From assembly GCA_023213395.1 (NCBI GenBank), contig CM041465.1, forward strand, positions 92,263,741-92,327,740: a DNA stretch of 64,000 bases, written 5' to 3'. The notes under the pieces are model-generated. The model was not told the DNA's origin. It saw only the letters and a list, made by a program, of their open reading frames with translations, and made no database searches. The translations under genes were made by a program, and so were the position numbers. Every line of letters starts with the position of its first letter. Within the stretch, counting starts at the first letter, position 1. Source of the DNA: Cycas panzhihuaensis. Its lineage: Eukaryota > Plantae > Cycadophyta. Below, in pieces: positions 37,630-51,770 of this stretch.

Positions 37630-40600
37630 TCTACAAGCCAAGAGAAGTCAAACACCATTTGAACTTCTCCAATAATACTAGTTTTATGGACATGTCAGTA
37701 CAATTTTATTTTGTATTAACCTTCTCAAGTGCCACTCCACCTACTTCTATAACTTGTCTAATAAAATAGTACTTAAGAGCAATATGCTTTGTCCTACTAT
37801 GATAAGTTGGATTCTTTGTTAAGTAAATGGTACTTTAACTATCACAAAATACCTTTACCTTTTCTTATTTCCTTCCAAGCTCAACCAATAGACCTTGCAT
37901 CCAGATTGCTTCTTTGCAAGCATGTGTTACAGTAACATATTCTACTTCTATAGTTGATAATGTAATTGTGCTCTGTAATTTTGACATCCAACTAATTAGA
38001 CCATTTGTAAGAGTAAATATATAACCTGAAGTAGACCTTCTCTTATCTAAATCTCTTATAAAGTTTGAATCAACATATCCACAAACCTGATTACCTATAC
38101 CTTCAAAGGTGATATAATAATCACTTATACCCCTCAAATACCGAAGCACCTATTTCATTGATGCCCAATGTTCCTTTCCTAGATTTGCTATAAACTTGCT
38201 AACTCCATTGACTGCATGTGAAATGTTAGGTCTTATACATACCATTTCATACATCAAACTTCATACCGCACTAACATAAGGTATATAAGACATATAATCT
38301 TTTATTCTTTATTATTAAGACTCATACTTGAAATAAACTTGAAATGGGAAGCCAATGAGATACTCATTAGTTTCACATTTACTATACCAAATCTAGTTAT
38401 TACCTTCTCTATATATTTCTACTATGATAACCATAACTTACTATTTTTCTTGTCCCTATGTAACTCTATACCTAAGATTTATTTTACAACTCCTAGATCC
38501 TTCATATCAAAATTCCTAATGAATTGAGCCTTTAACTTATTAATTTCTTCCATACTCTTGCTTGTAACAAGCATGTCATTAACATATAATACTAAGATAA
38601 TGAATAATCCATTGTCTAAGAATTTAAAGTAAACATAATGATCATACTCACTTCTTTTGAAATTTTGACTCTCTATAAAGGTATCAAACTTCATGTACCA
38701 TTGCTTAGGTGATTGCTTTAGGTCATATAATGATTTTCTAAGCCTAAAAACAAGTCTTTTCCTGCCATCCTGTACAAACCCTTTTGGCTAATTCATATAG
38801 ATCTCCTCATCTAAATCTCCATGTAAAAAGTTATTTTTACATCTAACTACTCTAGCTCTAAATTAAGAGAAGCTACCAATGCTAGTAGAACCTTAATTGA
38901 GATAAGTTTGATAATTTGTTAAAAGATCTCATAAAAATCAATACATGTTTTCAATGTAAAACCTTTAGCCACCAATCTTACCCTATATTTGTTGGCCTTT
39001 CCATCAACATCTATTTTCTTCTTGAAAACCCACCTGTAACTAACAATCTTCCTACCATGTGGAAGTTTTACCAAGTCCTAAGAATTATTTTTCTTTAATG
39101 CATCTATCTCTTCTTATATAGCTCTCTTCCACTTCTCATTATAGATATCATATACTACTTCTTAATAGTATACAGGCTCACCATCATTAGAAACCAAAGC
39201 AATAGAAATAAAAGGATTATACTTATCAGATGGATGATTAACTCATATAGATCTTCTAATAGTTGGTGGAGGAGTGTCTATATACTCCTGTAAATCTGCT
39301 ATAGATTCATCTTCAGAAAGGTCTTCCTGCTCTTCTATTTCCAAAGATGGTTGGGTCTCAAGCTTGACCTATTGATGTTTGCCTTTTTACTCCTATTTCA
39401 CTTCAACTTCTACACTGTCTAATTTTAGAAAGAGAGATATTCATCAAACACAACATCTCTGGTAATAGTGATTTTATGGGCAGTAGGATCCCACAACCCA
39501 TATCCCTTCATACCATCTCTATTTCCATAACCAACAAAGATACATCTCTTGGATTTTGGGTTTAACTTTAAACGTTGACTTTTATTAGTCAAGGCATAAG
39601 CATCACAACCAAAAACTTTTATATTTGAATAGTCACATAGATGTCTAGTCCATATCTCTTCGGGAATCTTATAGTCTATTGCAAGTGATGGTGACCTATT
39701 TACCAAATAATAAACTATCTAAACAGCTTCTTCCCATAAGCTATGCTCCACTCCTATATTTCTTAGTATGCTTCTCACTCTTTCTAAGAGTGTCATGTTC
39801 ATGTGCTCAGCTATTCCATTCTATTGTGGAGTATAGCTACTGGTCTTATGCCTTTTGATCATAGCTTCTCTATAATATTTCTCAAACTCTAAGGAGTTGA
39901 ACTCATCTCCATTTTTAATTCTTAAACATTTGATTGACCTACTAGTGCTCTTCTCAACTAGAGCCTTGAACTGCTTAAACACGTTAAAAACTTTAGATTT
40001 CTTTTTTAGAAAATAGACCCATACCTTTCTGGAGTAATCATCTATAAATGTAATAAAGTACAATGATCCTCCATAAGATATTATAGGGGGTCATCCCCAC
40101 ATATCTGAATGTACATAATCTAGAACACCTTTACTAGTATGACTCCCTACTTTAAACTTGAGTCTACACTACTTTCTAAAAATATAATGTTTACAAAAAG
40201 CCAAATCTAAAAGCTGCAAGTTAGGAAGCAACTTACGGTTCATCAACACCTTAAGTCCTCTCTCACTCATGTGCCCAAGTCTCTGATTCCATAATTGAGC
40301 TGGATCTTCTACAGTCTTTGATGTTATAGTTGCATGGCTAAAATGTGTACTTCCCACTAAAATATAAAAGTTTCCTTTCTTTAAGGCTTTTATAACAACT
40401 AAGGTGCCCTTTGATACCTTTAAGACTCCTTTATGACCTGTGTACTTATAACCACTAGAATCTAGTTCACCCAAGAAAAATAGATTCTTTTTTAAATCAG
40501 GTACATATTTAACTTCAATTAATGTTCTCACTATACCATCAAACATATTAATTTTGATGCTACTAATGCCTACTGTCTTATAGGAAACTTCATTTACCAC

Positions 40601-41547
40601 AAGCACATCACCACTATCAAGAGGTTGGTATGATGAAAACCAACTTGTGTATAGACACATATGGTGTGAAGTACCAAATCCAATAACCAATCATGATAAT
40701 AATGGGAAATATTACAAGCAACTACGACATCATCATTTGTACCTTGATTCGACTGCACCTAATTAGCCTCCTTAGTAGGATCTTCCTTTTTTTGGAACTT
40801 CTTCCTTTTATAGTAATCCTTCTTGAGGTGACCTATCTTATTATAATGCTCATATCTAAGCTTACTCATTTTGCCTTTTGACTTTGACCTCGATGTGTCC
40901 CTAGAGTTTTATCCTCTCTTAATCGTTCTACCCCTTGTTGTCATAGCTTTTAGTGTGGAGGTTTTAAGACTAGACTTTCTCCTCACTTCTTCCATCAGTA
41001 AAGCACTTACAATAGAATCATAGTCTAATTTATATGTAGTAATAAAACTAATTAAGGTGACAATATTATCCCAGGATTCTGGTAATGAACATAATAAGGT
41101 AATAGCCTTGTCCTCATCCTTAATCATAACATTGATACTAGCCAACTAACAAATAAGAGTATTAAAAATATTTAAATGATTAGCAATTTTTGTACCTTCC
41201 TTCATCCATGATAAGTATAGTTGCCTCTTTAAGTAGATTCAATTCATCACTAATTTGGTCATGAATAAACCTTCTAACCAGGCACATAATCCTATTGTTG
41301 TCTACTCCCCTGCGATGTTAAATAGAACTTTATCTACTAAGCAGAATCATATTGTGCTAAGAGCCCTTTTATCTAGATCATTCCATTCATCATTGTCTAT
41401 CCCTATGGGTTTCTTTGATTTACTTATAAGATCTCTTTATAAACCTTATTTTACAATAATATCATATGCTTTTAGCTTCTACAACTTGAAGTTATTCTTG
41501 CCATTGAATTTTTCTACCTCAAACTTTACATTTGCCAGTTTCACCAT
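37630..41547 (-). pseudogene. Copia gag-pol (Tnt1-like)
   Basis: MVKLANVKFEVEKFNGKNNF, LLCSLPESW, GTSHHMC, LWNQRLGHMSE, YFITFIDDYSRKVWVYFLK, LVLYVNDML, GYVDSNF..DLDKRRSTSGY in the ORF track and adjacent frames. Confidence 0.95.
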
Positions 41548-41619
41548 TTGGTGTAGAAAAAGTTAATACCAAAACCTTCACAAACTTGCTACAAAAATAA
41601 AAGTGGCTATGATATCACT

Positions 41620-42208
41620 TGTTGAGAAAACTAGGTCCTAAAAACCAAAAACTACCACCAAGATCTAAACTATATTGCAACTAGTTACAGAAATTGAAAT
41701 TAAAATTTAACATGCAAGTTCTTAAACTAGAGATAATACAATAAATGAATTAGGAAGCTAAAGCATCATATATACACCTGATATAATGTGGTAAAACCTT
41801 AACAGTGTGCTAGGAAACATCCATACATGAAAGGTATCGATCTTTATTATCCAAGAATAGAGAAATATACATAATCTGTAGTAGAATGCTCATAGTAATA
41901 ATAACTAGCTGGTTCTACTTAATACAATACATCCAATAAATCAAACACCATCAACATAATAAAAAAACACCCTAAATTGAGCTATATGAGATAGTCATAC
42001 AAGGCACAAATCTCAACCATCAAATCTGGGGTATTTTGAATGAATGACCTTGATTCTCTTTATAATTTAGCATGTTTTTCAATGCTAGTCTTTTGGGTTG
42101 GGGGCTACTGCCCCCTTAGATCCCCCTGCGAAAGTTTGGGAGGGGAAATTGTGCTGCCAACCTATCAAAATTTCAGCCTCTAAAACATTGTTATCACATT
42201 ATCTAACA
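41620..42208 (-). repeat. 5' LTR of the Tork-like copia
   Basis: TGTTG...TAACA termini, adjacent to the PBS. Confidence 0.92.
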
Positions 42209-44055
42209 ATTAGTGATTACTTAACATCATGGATGAATGAATTCATATTGATTATGTCTATATTTGACTAATATTATTGATGACGCAAAGATCATAAAGT
42301 GTCTAACAAATTTAACGTATTCTAGCCTCCTTCAAAACTCTAATCAACTTTTATTACTTATCTATTTTTAAGTTTAATACATTATTTTCTCCTCGAAAGT
42401 TATCTTTTTACCCTTACTAGCCCTTTGTTACTTTGAGACATCACTCTATAACATACTTTCCTTTGGCTTTTTTTCATTTATTTAAAGTGAAAATCCATAT
42501 TTTTATCCTTTCTTTCATTGGTCATATTTTTCACCAAAGGTTGTATTTTTAGTGTTACCCAAAAATGTGACCTTCATATGACTAAAAATGTGATCTTCTC
42601 TTAGTCACATTTTTTCTATATCTTTTATCACAATTTTCACTAGTTAGTCATATTTTTTGTTGTTGGTTATAATTTTTATTTTCTTACATAGAAAAAAATA
42701 TAAATATAAGTCATTTTCTTTTGTCATACAGATATTGGATTATGAGAAACCATAGCTCTACTTCCTTACTATTTTGGCCCTCCTCCCTCTACTTTTCTCT
42801 ATAAAAACTTATCACTTTTCTTAAGGAAAAGGAGGAGATCATTTGAAATCAAATACTTCTAAAATCCTAACTCATATTTGTGACCCTCATTTGGACCTTG
42901 TAGAGACTTATCTAAAGCTAGGTTTGAAGATTTTTACTAGAGAAAACAGAGACTTGGAGTTGAATCTACTTCTTTTCTCTCTCTCTCTTTCTCTCTTTTT
43001 TTCCTTTCTCCTTCATATCCCTCCTTTTTTAGTGATATATTATACTCTTCTCCTTCTTACTCCTCGTCACTTTCAACTAGTTTAGAGGCCTGATTTGGAG
43101 GACTTAGATAAGCAAGATACAAATTTAAGGAATAACTTATCATTCTCCTTAAGTGGGTAATTCTTGCTTGGTAAGTTAGTGTGTATAATTTTAAAGTTGT
43201 TTTTATTTTTTATTAGTTGTTCTTTATATAAAAAGAAAAAAGAAATTAGGTTAAGATTTCAGTTTATTTTCATTAAAGATTTGCTTTCTTGTATTAATTA
43301 CTTTCTTAATTTATAGTTTCCTATTACTTGGAGTCTTATATTCATAGTGGAAAACTCCTAAGCTCATAAACTCCCACTCATAACCTAGTGAGAGCTCTAT
43401 ATACTTAGCCTTTGTGATGATGAGCCAATTAGAGACGTGAGTAACTTAGCTTATAAGTATGGATTTTTGTGGCTAGAATCTTCCTTCTATAGGGTTTTAA
43501 GCCTCCCTTTAGCCCCTCTCTTTTATTTCTCATAACCCTTTAGGTACACCCTTGATGTTGTTGGGGTTTTGAGAATTTTTGTTTATTGTCAAGAAATAAA
43601 AAGGTCTTTAAGACATTCCTCCTTTTGCATAGCTTCTAATGTTTGTTGTAGTTAACACAAATACTACACTTATATTAGAGCCTTGCTTAAAGAACAAATA
43701 CATCATTCAAAGGCTTTTGGAGCTAGTGATTAGAAGGTTAGTCCCTTTTATTTATTATATTTCTTTTATTCTCCTATTTTTTATTTATCAAAGAAATTTT
43801 TAAAAAGAAAAAGGAAAAGGAAAAGATAAATAGGAAATTTATCCTTTAAAGAGATTTTTGTGCTTGTTGACTTATTGAAATTGAGTGTTTGTTTGAATAA
43901 ACCATCCTCTCCTTTACTTTTGAAAAAGAAAAAGAAAAGGTAACTAGGATAAACATAAGTACATCTAAAGAACTCCAACTTCTCTCATTCTCTATAGGTG
44001 TGTTGGATATCAGTTTTATTTCTCTTTTCTTTTAAATAAAAAGGATAACATATAA

Positions 44056-44077
44056 AGAGAGAGAGAGAGAGAGAGAG
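44056..44077 (+). repeat. (GA)n microsatellite inside the 3' LTR
   Basis: Perfect AG dinucleotide run. Confidence 0.9.
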
Positions 44078-46395
44078 GAAATGCATGTTTTAATCATTTG
44101 CATTGGTTAGAATTATAATAAGATAGGTTAGCTCTTTTGGGTGGTTATTTGTACCAATTTTTTTATTTTCCTATTTATATATAAAAGTAAAATAGTATTT
44201 TAGTTTTATATTTAGGATTTCTTGTAATTTATTTATTAGATACTAACCTTAGACAAGGCCTTGTCCCACTAATTAGGGCTTAATTGATTGACTGAGACTT
44301 GACATCTCTAGCGTATCAAACTTTCCCTTTTTCTATAGACAAATACCTCTCACCATAAAGGGTCATTTGATCAACCAAGACCTGACACCCCTAGCATATA
44401 AACTTTCCCTCCTTTAGGATTTATTTTTTCCTACCATATTTCAATCATCAAAGGTGTTTACTTATCATCATGCTTTAGGTTAAGAGAAACCCTTCTTCTT
44501 TATCTTCCTTCATCATTAAGTGCGAGAACCCCTTAGTACTAGATGCAGGCATCCTCAGGTTATCTATCCTCATGGGTGGATCATCGTCAGATGAGAGAAT
44601 CCCTAATAATTGACCCCTAGTAGGGTCATTAATCTAGGGTCTAAGATCTCTTAGTTCCTCTCACTTGTTAGTCTTCCCTTACTTTAAATTAGTTTTATGT
44701 AGCCTTTTGAACCTTTGGGTGAGATAGTGGTTTAAGTTAGGACTTTCCTTTTTAGAAAGACTTTTGGGAAGGTAGATAAATAGGAAGCCTTAGGTCACTT
44801 ATTTAGAGGTAATGTTTCCTTATCAATCCCCCCACTTATTAGAAGATTATTTTAACTTTTCTTTAACTAGAAGGTGGCCTTATTTATTTATTTATTTGAA
44901 TTAGCTTGGTTGATTATCTTTCTTAGTTTAGGCATATTATCATTTGGCTCTCTTTAATTTATTATTTAAATATAGAAACTAGCAAACAATAATAACTCTT
45001 AGAAACTTATACATATCCATCTAACACATCCTTAAGGAACCATCCCTTCTTATCAAGAGAAGGGTCAAGGGTTCCCCTTAAGTTATATCACCTAGGATCT
45101 CATCCCCCTATATTCACCTTGTGTGGTTTATCTTAAGTCTTCTTAGGTGACTTGACCCAAGTTCCCATAACCATGGGCTAACTATATACTCACTCTTTAG
45201 AAGCATATTATGAAGTCATGGTTGGATGAATGGCCTTCTCTAGAGAGATCATATAGGATTTTACCTTACTCAAAGCATCTTTACCTTAGAGTTTATCCCC
45301 AAGGTTAGAAATGGTGGTTCTTATAGGCTTAGACTATATTAACTAAGGAAGACCACCTAGTAATCCTTAGTTAAAAGAGCGTATAAGTAGTCTTAGAGAA
45401 TTTAAGGAGGCCATTCATACTTACTATAAAGAAAATACTAGCATGATAGCCTAGTGCTTCTATTTTCTTTGAAGTTAAACCCCATTATAGGAGTTAATTT
45501 TTGTCCTTTGGGTTTCTTAAACCATTCAGGCTTAAATTTCACTTAAAGGTGATATACACATTTTACTATCATTTAATTGAACACTTTTCCTTCAATAAAT
45601 TATATCTTAAATATATAAAATATTGATTCAGATGTAATCTTGGTTTCTCATTAGGGCATACGAGATATATTTAGGTAAATTTTAGGGTTATCATTATTTT
45701 TCTTATCAATAAAGATAAAGTAAATAAATATGCATATAGATAACTAAGGTATGAAAGGGAAAAATGAAAGCTAACTAATCTAACTACAACCTTCCATAAA
45801 AGGAGTAAAGAATACTAAAAAAGAACTCTTGAAATCTAAGAGAGTTGCAGGGATATGTGTGCCCCAAATAATGGCAAACTCTATGAGCCTATCCTAAGGA
45901 CTATAACCCCTCAAGGTAATTGACCTCTACCTAATCCCACCCTTTAAATGATACTACTTGATGTTGACTTGATCTAGAAATTAGAGAGAATTGACTAAAG
46001 TAAAGGCCATGAAAGAATCAAGACTATAGGATAGACCTGCTTGAGGGTAAGTCAATAGAGACTCATTCTTCTAATGACAACCCACCCATGAATATAGAAG
46101 GTCTAAAAGATACCTATATTTGATTTTAACAAGCCTCAAGCTCCAAGAGGTAAAAGAAGAATCACTCTCAATGAGATAAATGATGTTCGATTAATTCTTT
46201 CAACTATGTGTAATTTGGATAATTGCCTACTATTGAACCACTCAAAACATGATAGATATAGCTTACCTCAAGTGTAAAGTTACCCTACTTCCCCGGTGAT
46301 GAAATATAGATGAAGTCCCACATAACTCCTCCTTTAGCAAGTGAAGAACCTACCCTAATATGAACTAAAGAGCAAACAGTAAGGCCTACTATGCA

Positions 46396-46424
46396 TATAT
46401 ACACACACACATACACATATATCT

Positions 46425-46470
<46 letters not shown>
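46396..46470. repeat. Compound (CA)n/(TA)n microsatellite
   Basis: (TA)20 at 46431-46470, preceded by an AC run. Confidence 0.95.
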
Positions 46471-46471
<1 letters not shown>

Positions 46472-48559
46472 CTTAGCAATCTAATCAAAATGTAAGGACT
46501 TATGGCCCCATATGTTTAAGGACTAGCCACAAATGTAAACCCTCTTGCTCCACATTTTCAATATACCAAGCACAACCTTAAGAAAAAGGTATTTATTTAC
46601 TCTTTTTTATTTGTTATTATTTTCTATTTAGTTTTTTAAGTATAAGGGAGAAGGTGAGAGTAAGAAATCATGCACAAAATCAAATAATTAAACCAAGCAC
46701 TCTTTTCTTTTTCTTTTTTTTCTAAAACCAAATAAGAAGAGGAAGAGAAAATGAAGGTCCTTTTATATTTTCTTTTTTTTTTTTTTAATCTTTTCTATTT
46801 TCTTTGATAAGATCAAAGGCATCAACTAAAAAATAAGGGGAAAAAAGGGGTACGCACCTATAGTGCACTCCAAAGCCTTGAATGGCTTGTCTTTTTTTCT
46901 CTTTTTTTTGGGTAAGGTACTAATTTCATATGTCCAAATTCACCAAATGAAGTCAACACAGTAAACTAAAGAGGGCATGTATAAGGTTAGAATATCCTAT
47001 ATGAAATCTTATGGTGTTTCTACTTTTTAGATCATGTCATGATGAAAAATAATTTGTAATGCACTTTAAATTTCCCAAAAATCACTTTAAACATAACTTG
47101 AAATTACTAACCTTTTGTGTGTTTCTAGAAAATTTTTTATAGTATTTCCCCTAGACTATAAGTGATCTCACTTATGGGAAAAGAAGGGGAGAACTCTAAT
47201 TAAAATCTCCTTTACTACCTATAATGAAAAAGGATCATTAGGCATCTCCTCTACCTACAATGTTAGTCTTGAAGAAAAATAACATAGATATGCATGTAAA
47301 GGAAATAAACTAAAGATGATTACTAATTAATTTATTTTCACACAAACTTAATTATATTGAAAGCCTCAAAAGTACTACATTGCTACCAGTAATGAGCTAG
47401 GTAATGGTAGTAGGCCCTATTAGACTACTTCAAGCACTTCTAAGGGCTATAAAGAGAAGCAAAAGGGGTTAAAGGGGAGAGAACCAAGCAATAAAATAGG
47501 TGGTTTTATAAGAAATCAAAGTTAGAGAAGAAATGAGAAGATGATAAAAATCACATTATGCAGGATGCTTCCTAATCAACGAATGGTCATTAGCCAATGG
47601 TTTGAAGCTCTAAAGAAGATAGCTTCTCTTATCACTTGAATGATTCTACTTTAAAGTTTAAACTCTCATCTAACAATCAATAATATGGATAACTATGTAG
47701 TAAGTCCAACAGTATTCTAATAATAGTTTATTATTTAAAAATTCTCTCTTTTCTAATAGAATCAAGGAGTATTTATAGATACAAAGAAGTGCAACTAGGG
47801 TGTATTTTAGGCTTATGATTTTAGTAAACTCAAGGGGTAAACCCATAGACTAGGAAGAAAATTAATGCCTGATGAGGGGTATTGAACAAAAACTTATAAG
47901 GGATAAGACTAGTAAGTTTTACCTTAAAACCATGGATAGAATTTATGGTTTTTGACCCAAGAGGAGGGGGCGTGATGTTGTAGCCACTCCTTATACCCTT
48001 ACTCCATGCTTATCATTAATTATAGTGGTAGAAAGTTAGCAAAAAGTGTAATAAATATAAAAAAGATATTTCATATGATTCTACAATGGTGTTGTCTCAT
48101 ATCATTTTACTTTTTATAATGGTGTGTATTGCACCATCAAGAAATCTATAATGATGCATTGTGTATTATTATAAATTTTATAATAAGGCATGTTGTACCA
48201 TTATAAATTTATAATGGCACATGTCTCATTTCGAAAATTAAAATAGGGTGAAACTTCATAATAGGATGAAAAAAAATAATTTAAAAAAAAAGAAAATAAG
48301 CCAAAATCACAATAGTAAAAGTAGCAAGGATAATTAGAAAAAGATGAAAAGAATCCTAGAAGTGATTTTGAGGTGTTTAAGGATTATTTTCTAGCATGCA
48401 AGCCATAGGTGAATAATTGTATTATACTATTAAAAAATATTAAAAACATCACAAGATGAGCTACTCATGCACCCAACACTAAAAAAATTGGTAAACATTA
48501 ATGGCATATGTATAAAAGATTAAAATCAAATTGACATAAAAGTGATAAATACATACCTA

Positions 48560-51500
48560 ACTTACTTATGCCATAATAGATATTAGATTCTTGATTTTCA
48601 AGAAATGGGTTATGATTTGATCTCTAACTTTACCTTTCATGCAAGATACATGGAAGACATTATGAATTTTTGAATTTGGAAGGCCTGGTTGATAAGCAAC
48701 TTCACCATTTTTCTCTATACTTTAGAGAAGCTCTAGAATTTTAATCACAACTTATGTTTCTATGATTTCTTTAATGAAATTTATTTATAAGGTTATAACC
48801 TTAGAAATACCTAATCATCAATGTTAAATTATCTTTTTGTGTAGTGTAGATCTTGTTATTATCTTATCCTATTCCTTGTTATATTTAGATTAATCTTAAG
48901 GCTCTTAAGAATGCCTTCCCTTTTTGTCACCTAGTCATTAACTACTTGAATTTTAGATTGAGTAACTACATGGATTAAATATGGAGGATTATACCTAAAG
49001 AGAGAGAGATTTAAATGGAGTCATCTATATTGTTATATAATAAGTAATGTTATACCACCATTTGACCAAATGTAGTTAATAGTACTAATGAGATTATTTT
49101 TCTAAAATAAAGTAATAAAGATACCCCTCAAAATATTTCTTAATTTCTTCTCATTGACCATTTGGCTAAGGATGATATATAGTACTTATGTTTAATTTAG
49201 TTCCAAATAAGGTAAACATCCCTTTTCAAAAATTTCTTATGAATTTAAGATTGTGTTCACTAATAATAACTCTAGAAAATTCATGTAATTAGTGAATCTC
49301 TTTAACAAAAACATCTACTATTTGGCTTGCCTTGAATATTAAGCCATCCAAATATAGTAAACATATGATAAATCCATTCATATATCTTTCCATTTTATTT
49401 AAGTGATATACAATGGCTACAAAAGGTTGTGCATGGGCAATGTTTCAAATTTATTCCTCTAGCATGTATCGTACTCAACCACATGTTGATGTACATCCCT
49501 TTTTAAGTTATTCCAAAAAAAAAAATGATTATTTAATATTTTTGTAAGTTTTATATGTCCTTATATGACTTGCTATAGGAGTAGAATGATACTCTTGAAG
49601 GATTATATTTTTAATTATTAAAGTGGAAGAAATATAACTACATCAATATCACCTACTGAAATGGCAAACAAAGCAGATTGTAATGTATAATTATGTATTA
49701 TCAAAGGGATCTTTTAACAAAACCCCCCACATGGTATTATCCTCCTACCAATTATAGCTACTTGGAATTGCTTTAGTGGGGTGATTTAGAGTCCTTCATA
49801 CTCAATTATTCTTTAGTTAATAAAGTTATATGTGCTTCTTCTATTAATTAAGATAGTTATCTATGCATTCTTGATTATACTTGATAAATATAATATTTGT
49901 AGTGATGCTAAAACTCTTATTATTACTTACAATGATATTTCTACCTCAAGGTAATCATCTTCATCTTCTAACACTAATTCTTCTACCACTTGTTTGTCCT
50001 CTACAATAGGTTTCTTTAATGCTTCTTAAGTTATTTTTTATTTATTTTCTAACATGAATAATTTCTTTTAAGTATCCTTACTAAAGCATTGGTGATCTTT
50101 TGTCTATTTTTCATTACATTTAAAGCATGTTCCTATTTTAAGGTGTTTAACCCTAGTAGAAATATATGAACTCCCTTGTTTTTGGAATGAGCTTCTTGCC
50201 TAAGTCTTTTGTAGAGGTCTAAAATTATTTATGAAATTAGTATCATAACATCTATTTATATTGATATTGGCTCCAATAATTCTAACCTTTAATATTACTT
50301 ATTAGAGATTTACAACCCCTAAGGTTTTCATTCCATACTAGATATTTGTTTTCAATTCTCTAAGATATATTTATAACAATATATTCTTATTTATTATGGT
50401 GGAAAACATGCTCTATAGATTTTAAATTTTTTAACTATGTAGTTTTCATTTGTAAGAGATAAGTCTAGAGTAGAAATCTCTATCCTAAGTATCTTCATAT
50501 TGCTCACAGATTAAAAGACTAAAAAGGTTCTAATTGAAGTTTGTGATATTCTCATAATCTTTACACCATTAAGTGAACCATTGCATTTCCTAATTGCTTA
50601 AATATAATGAGGCAAACAACATTTTTTCTCTATCATAGCATGGATGAATGTCAAAATAGATCTACATCTTTGTTAACCATGCTTTCACTTCCTGATATTT
50701 ATCCAGGTCAAAAATTTCTAAATAAACCTTTATATTTTTAAATATAGGAACTTTTGTATCCTTAGGTTCCCTAAGTAGGCTTTCCCTCTAAATTTCTTGA
50801 TCTTCTATTGATATGCCTTCCCCACCATTTATCTACTAAATTTTGTTGTGATTTCACTAAATCATATAGTGCAATTATAATATGCACAAATTATGAGAGT
50901 TTCTTATCTTATTTAACAAGTCCTTTAATTCTCTTAGCCATGTTTCTTAGAGGTGAAGGTGTGCTTTATGCTGTCCTAAGGGAAGTTTCTCTCTTTTTAG
51001 TATTTGTCCTGGAACAAAGCTCTAGAATGTTCTTAGTAAGATTCTTTTACTTGTAAATTTAGATATAAGTATGGAAATTGTAAAAATATACATAAACTTA
51101 GAAAAAGAAACACTAAAAATGGTTATTCATTGGCCAAACTTTAATCATTAGAAGTTAAGTGTTATGATCTTACAAAACCTTAAAATTTTCCATGAAAGGA
51201 TTTCAAAAGTCAATTGCTAATATGTTTTCATACTAAAATATATCATATAACTACTCATTTTAATAATGAATGAGTGTATATTATAATGAAGCAGATGATA
51301 CTAAATTTTGAGTTCATAACAAAAAGATATCACAATTCGACCACTAAGAGATAAGTCCTTCCAAGGAGTCCACTAATTTTATAAATTACCCAACCTTAAT
51401 TTTAGGCATTTTATGGATTCCTAAATCTCTGATACCACTTATTACAAACCCAATCAAGTTCTATAACATTTTCACATAATATATCATATAAATTATTTAA

Positions 51501-51770
51501 TAAGAATATTAAATAATAGTAAATAGTACATAGAATAATCAATAATATAATAGTCCTTTTCAAGGTAAAGGTTCCTCTAGGAAATCATCGTTGCTTATAA
51601 TTGCCTCCAAAAAGTTGAAGCACTAAAAGAAATATTCACCATGATGATTTCTTTAATTAAACTCCTATCCATTTAATGCTTCACAAATCACCACTTCCAG
51701 CAGATATGCCATTTTATAGTATTGGGATAATACCCACATTGGGGCTATCTCTCAAATCTTGGTATGTTAG
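48560..51770 (-). mobile_element. Internally deleted, heavily decayed gypsy element (PBS-Met, probable gag remnant, integrase)
   Basis: PBS ctctgatacca at 51427-51437 with LTR from 51440. Integrase remnants HVVEYDTC*RNKFE..L*PL...KWKDI*MD (~49370-49490), STIYHP*PNGQ (~49150-49190), VFLRL*PY (~48800), IHNVFHVSCMK (~48640-48670). No RT or RH recognised. Ends approximate. Confidence 0.7.

Larger units (their letters stand above)
37042..42208 (-). mobile_element. Full-length decayed Ty1/copia, Tnt1/Tork-like
   Basis: LTRs 37042-37572 and 41620-42208. Degenerate PBS-Met 41606-41617. PPT CAAGGTAGAGAT 37573-37584. Imperfect TSD tttag/attag. Confidence 0.93.
19645..45173 (+). mobile_element. Full-length Tat-clade Ty3/gypsy element with two nested insertions
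   Basis: Paired ~3-kb LTRs. TSD tgggt (19640-19644) / tgggc (45174-45178). PPT-like gaggggctaa before TG at 36946. gag-PR-RT-RH-INT plus an extra RNase H. Confidence 0.92.
36946..45173 (+). repeat. 3' LTR of the Tat element, split by a copia insertion (36946-37041 and 42209-45173)
   Basis: Homology to the 5' LTR stops at 37041 and resumes at ~42209. Ends ...aacCA at 45173. Confidence 0.9.

Noticed and set aside
45690-48000. Possible reverse-oriented solo LTRs (reverse TATA at ~46430 and ~47770)
   Set aside because: No partner repeat, PBS or TSD could be established.
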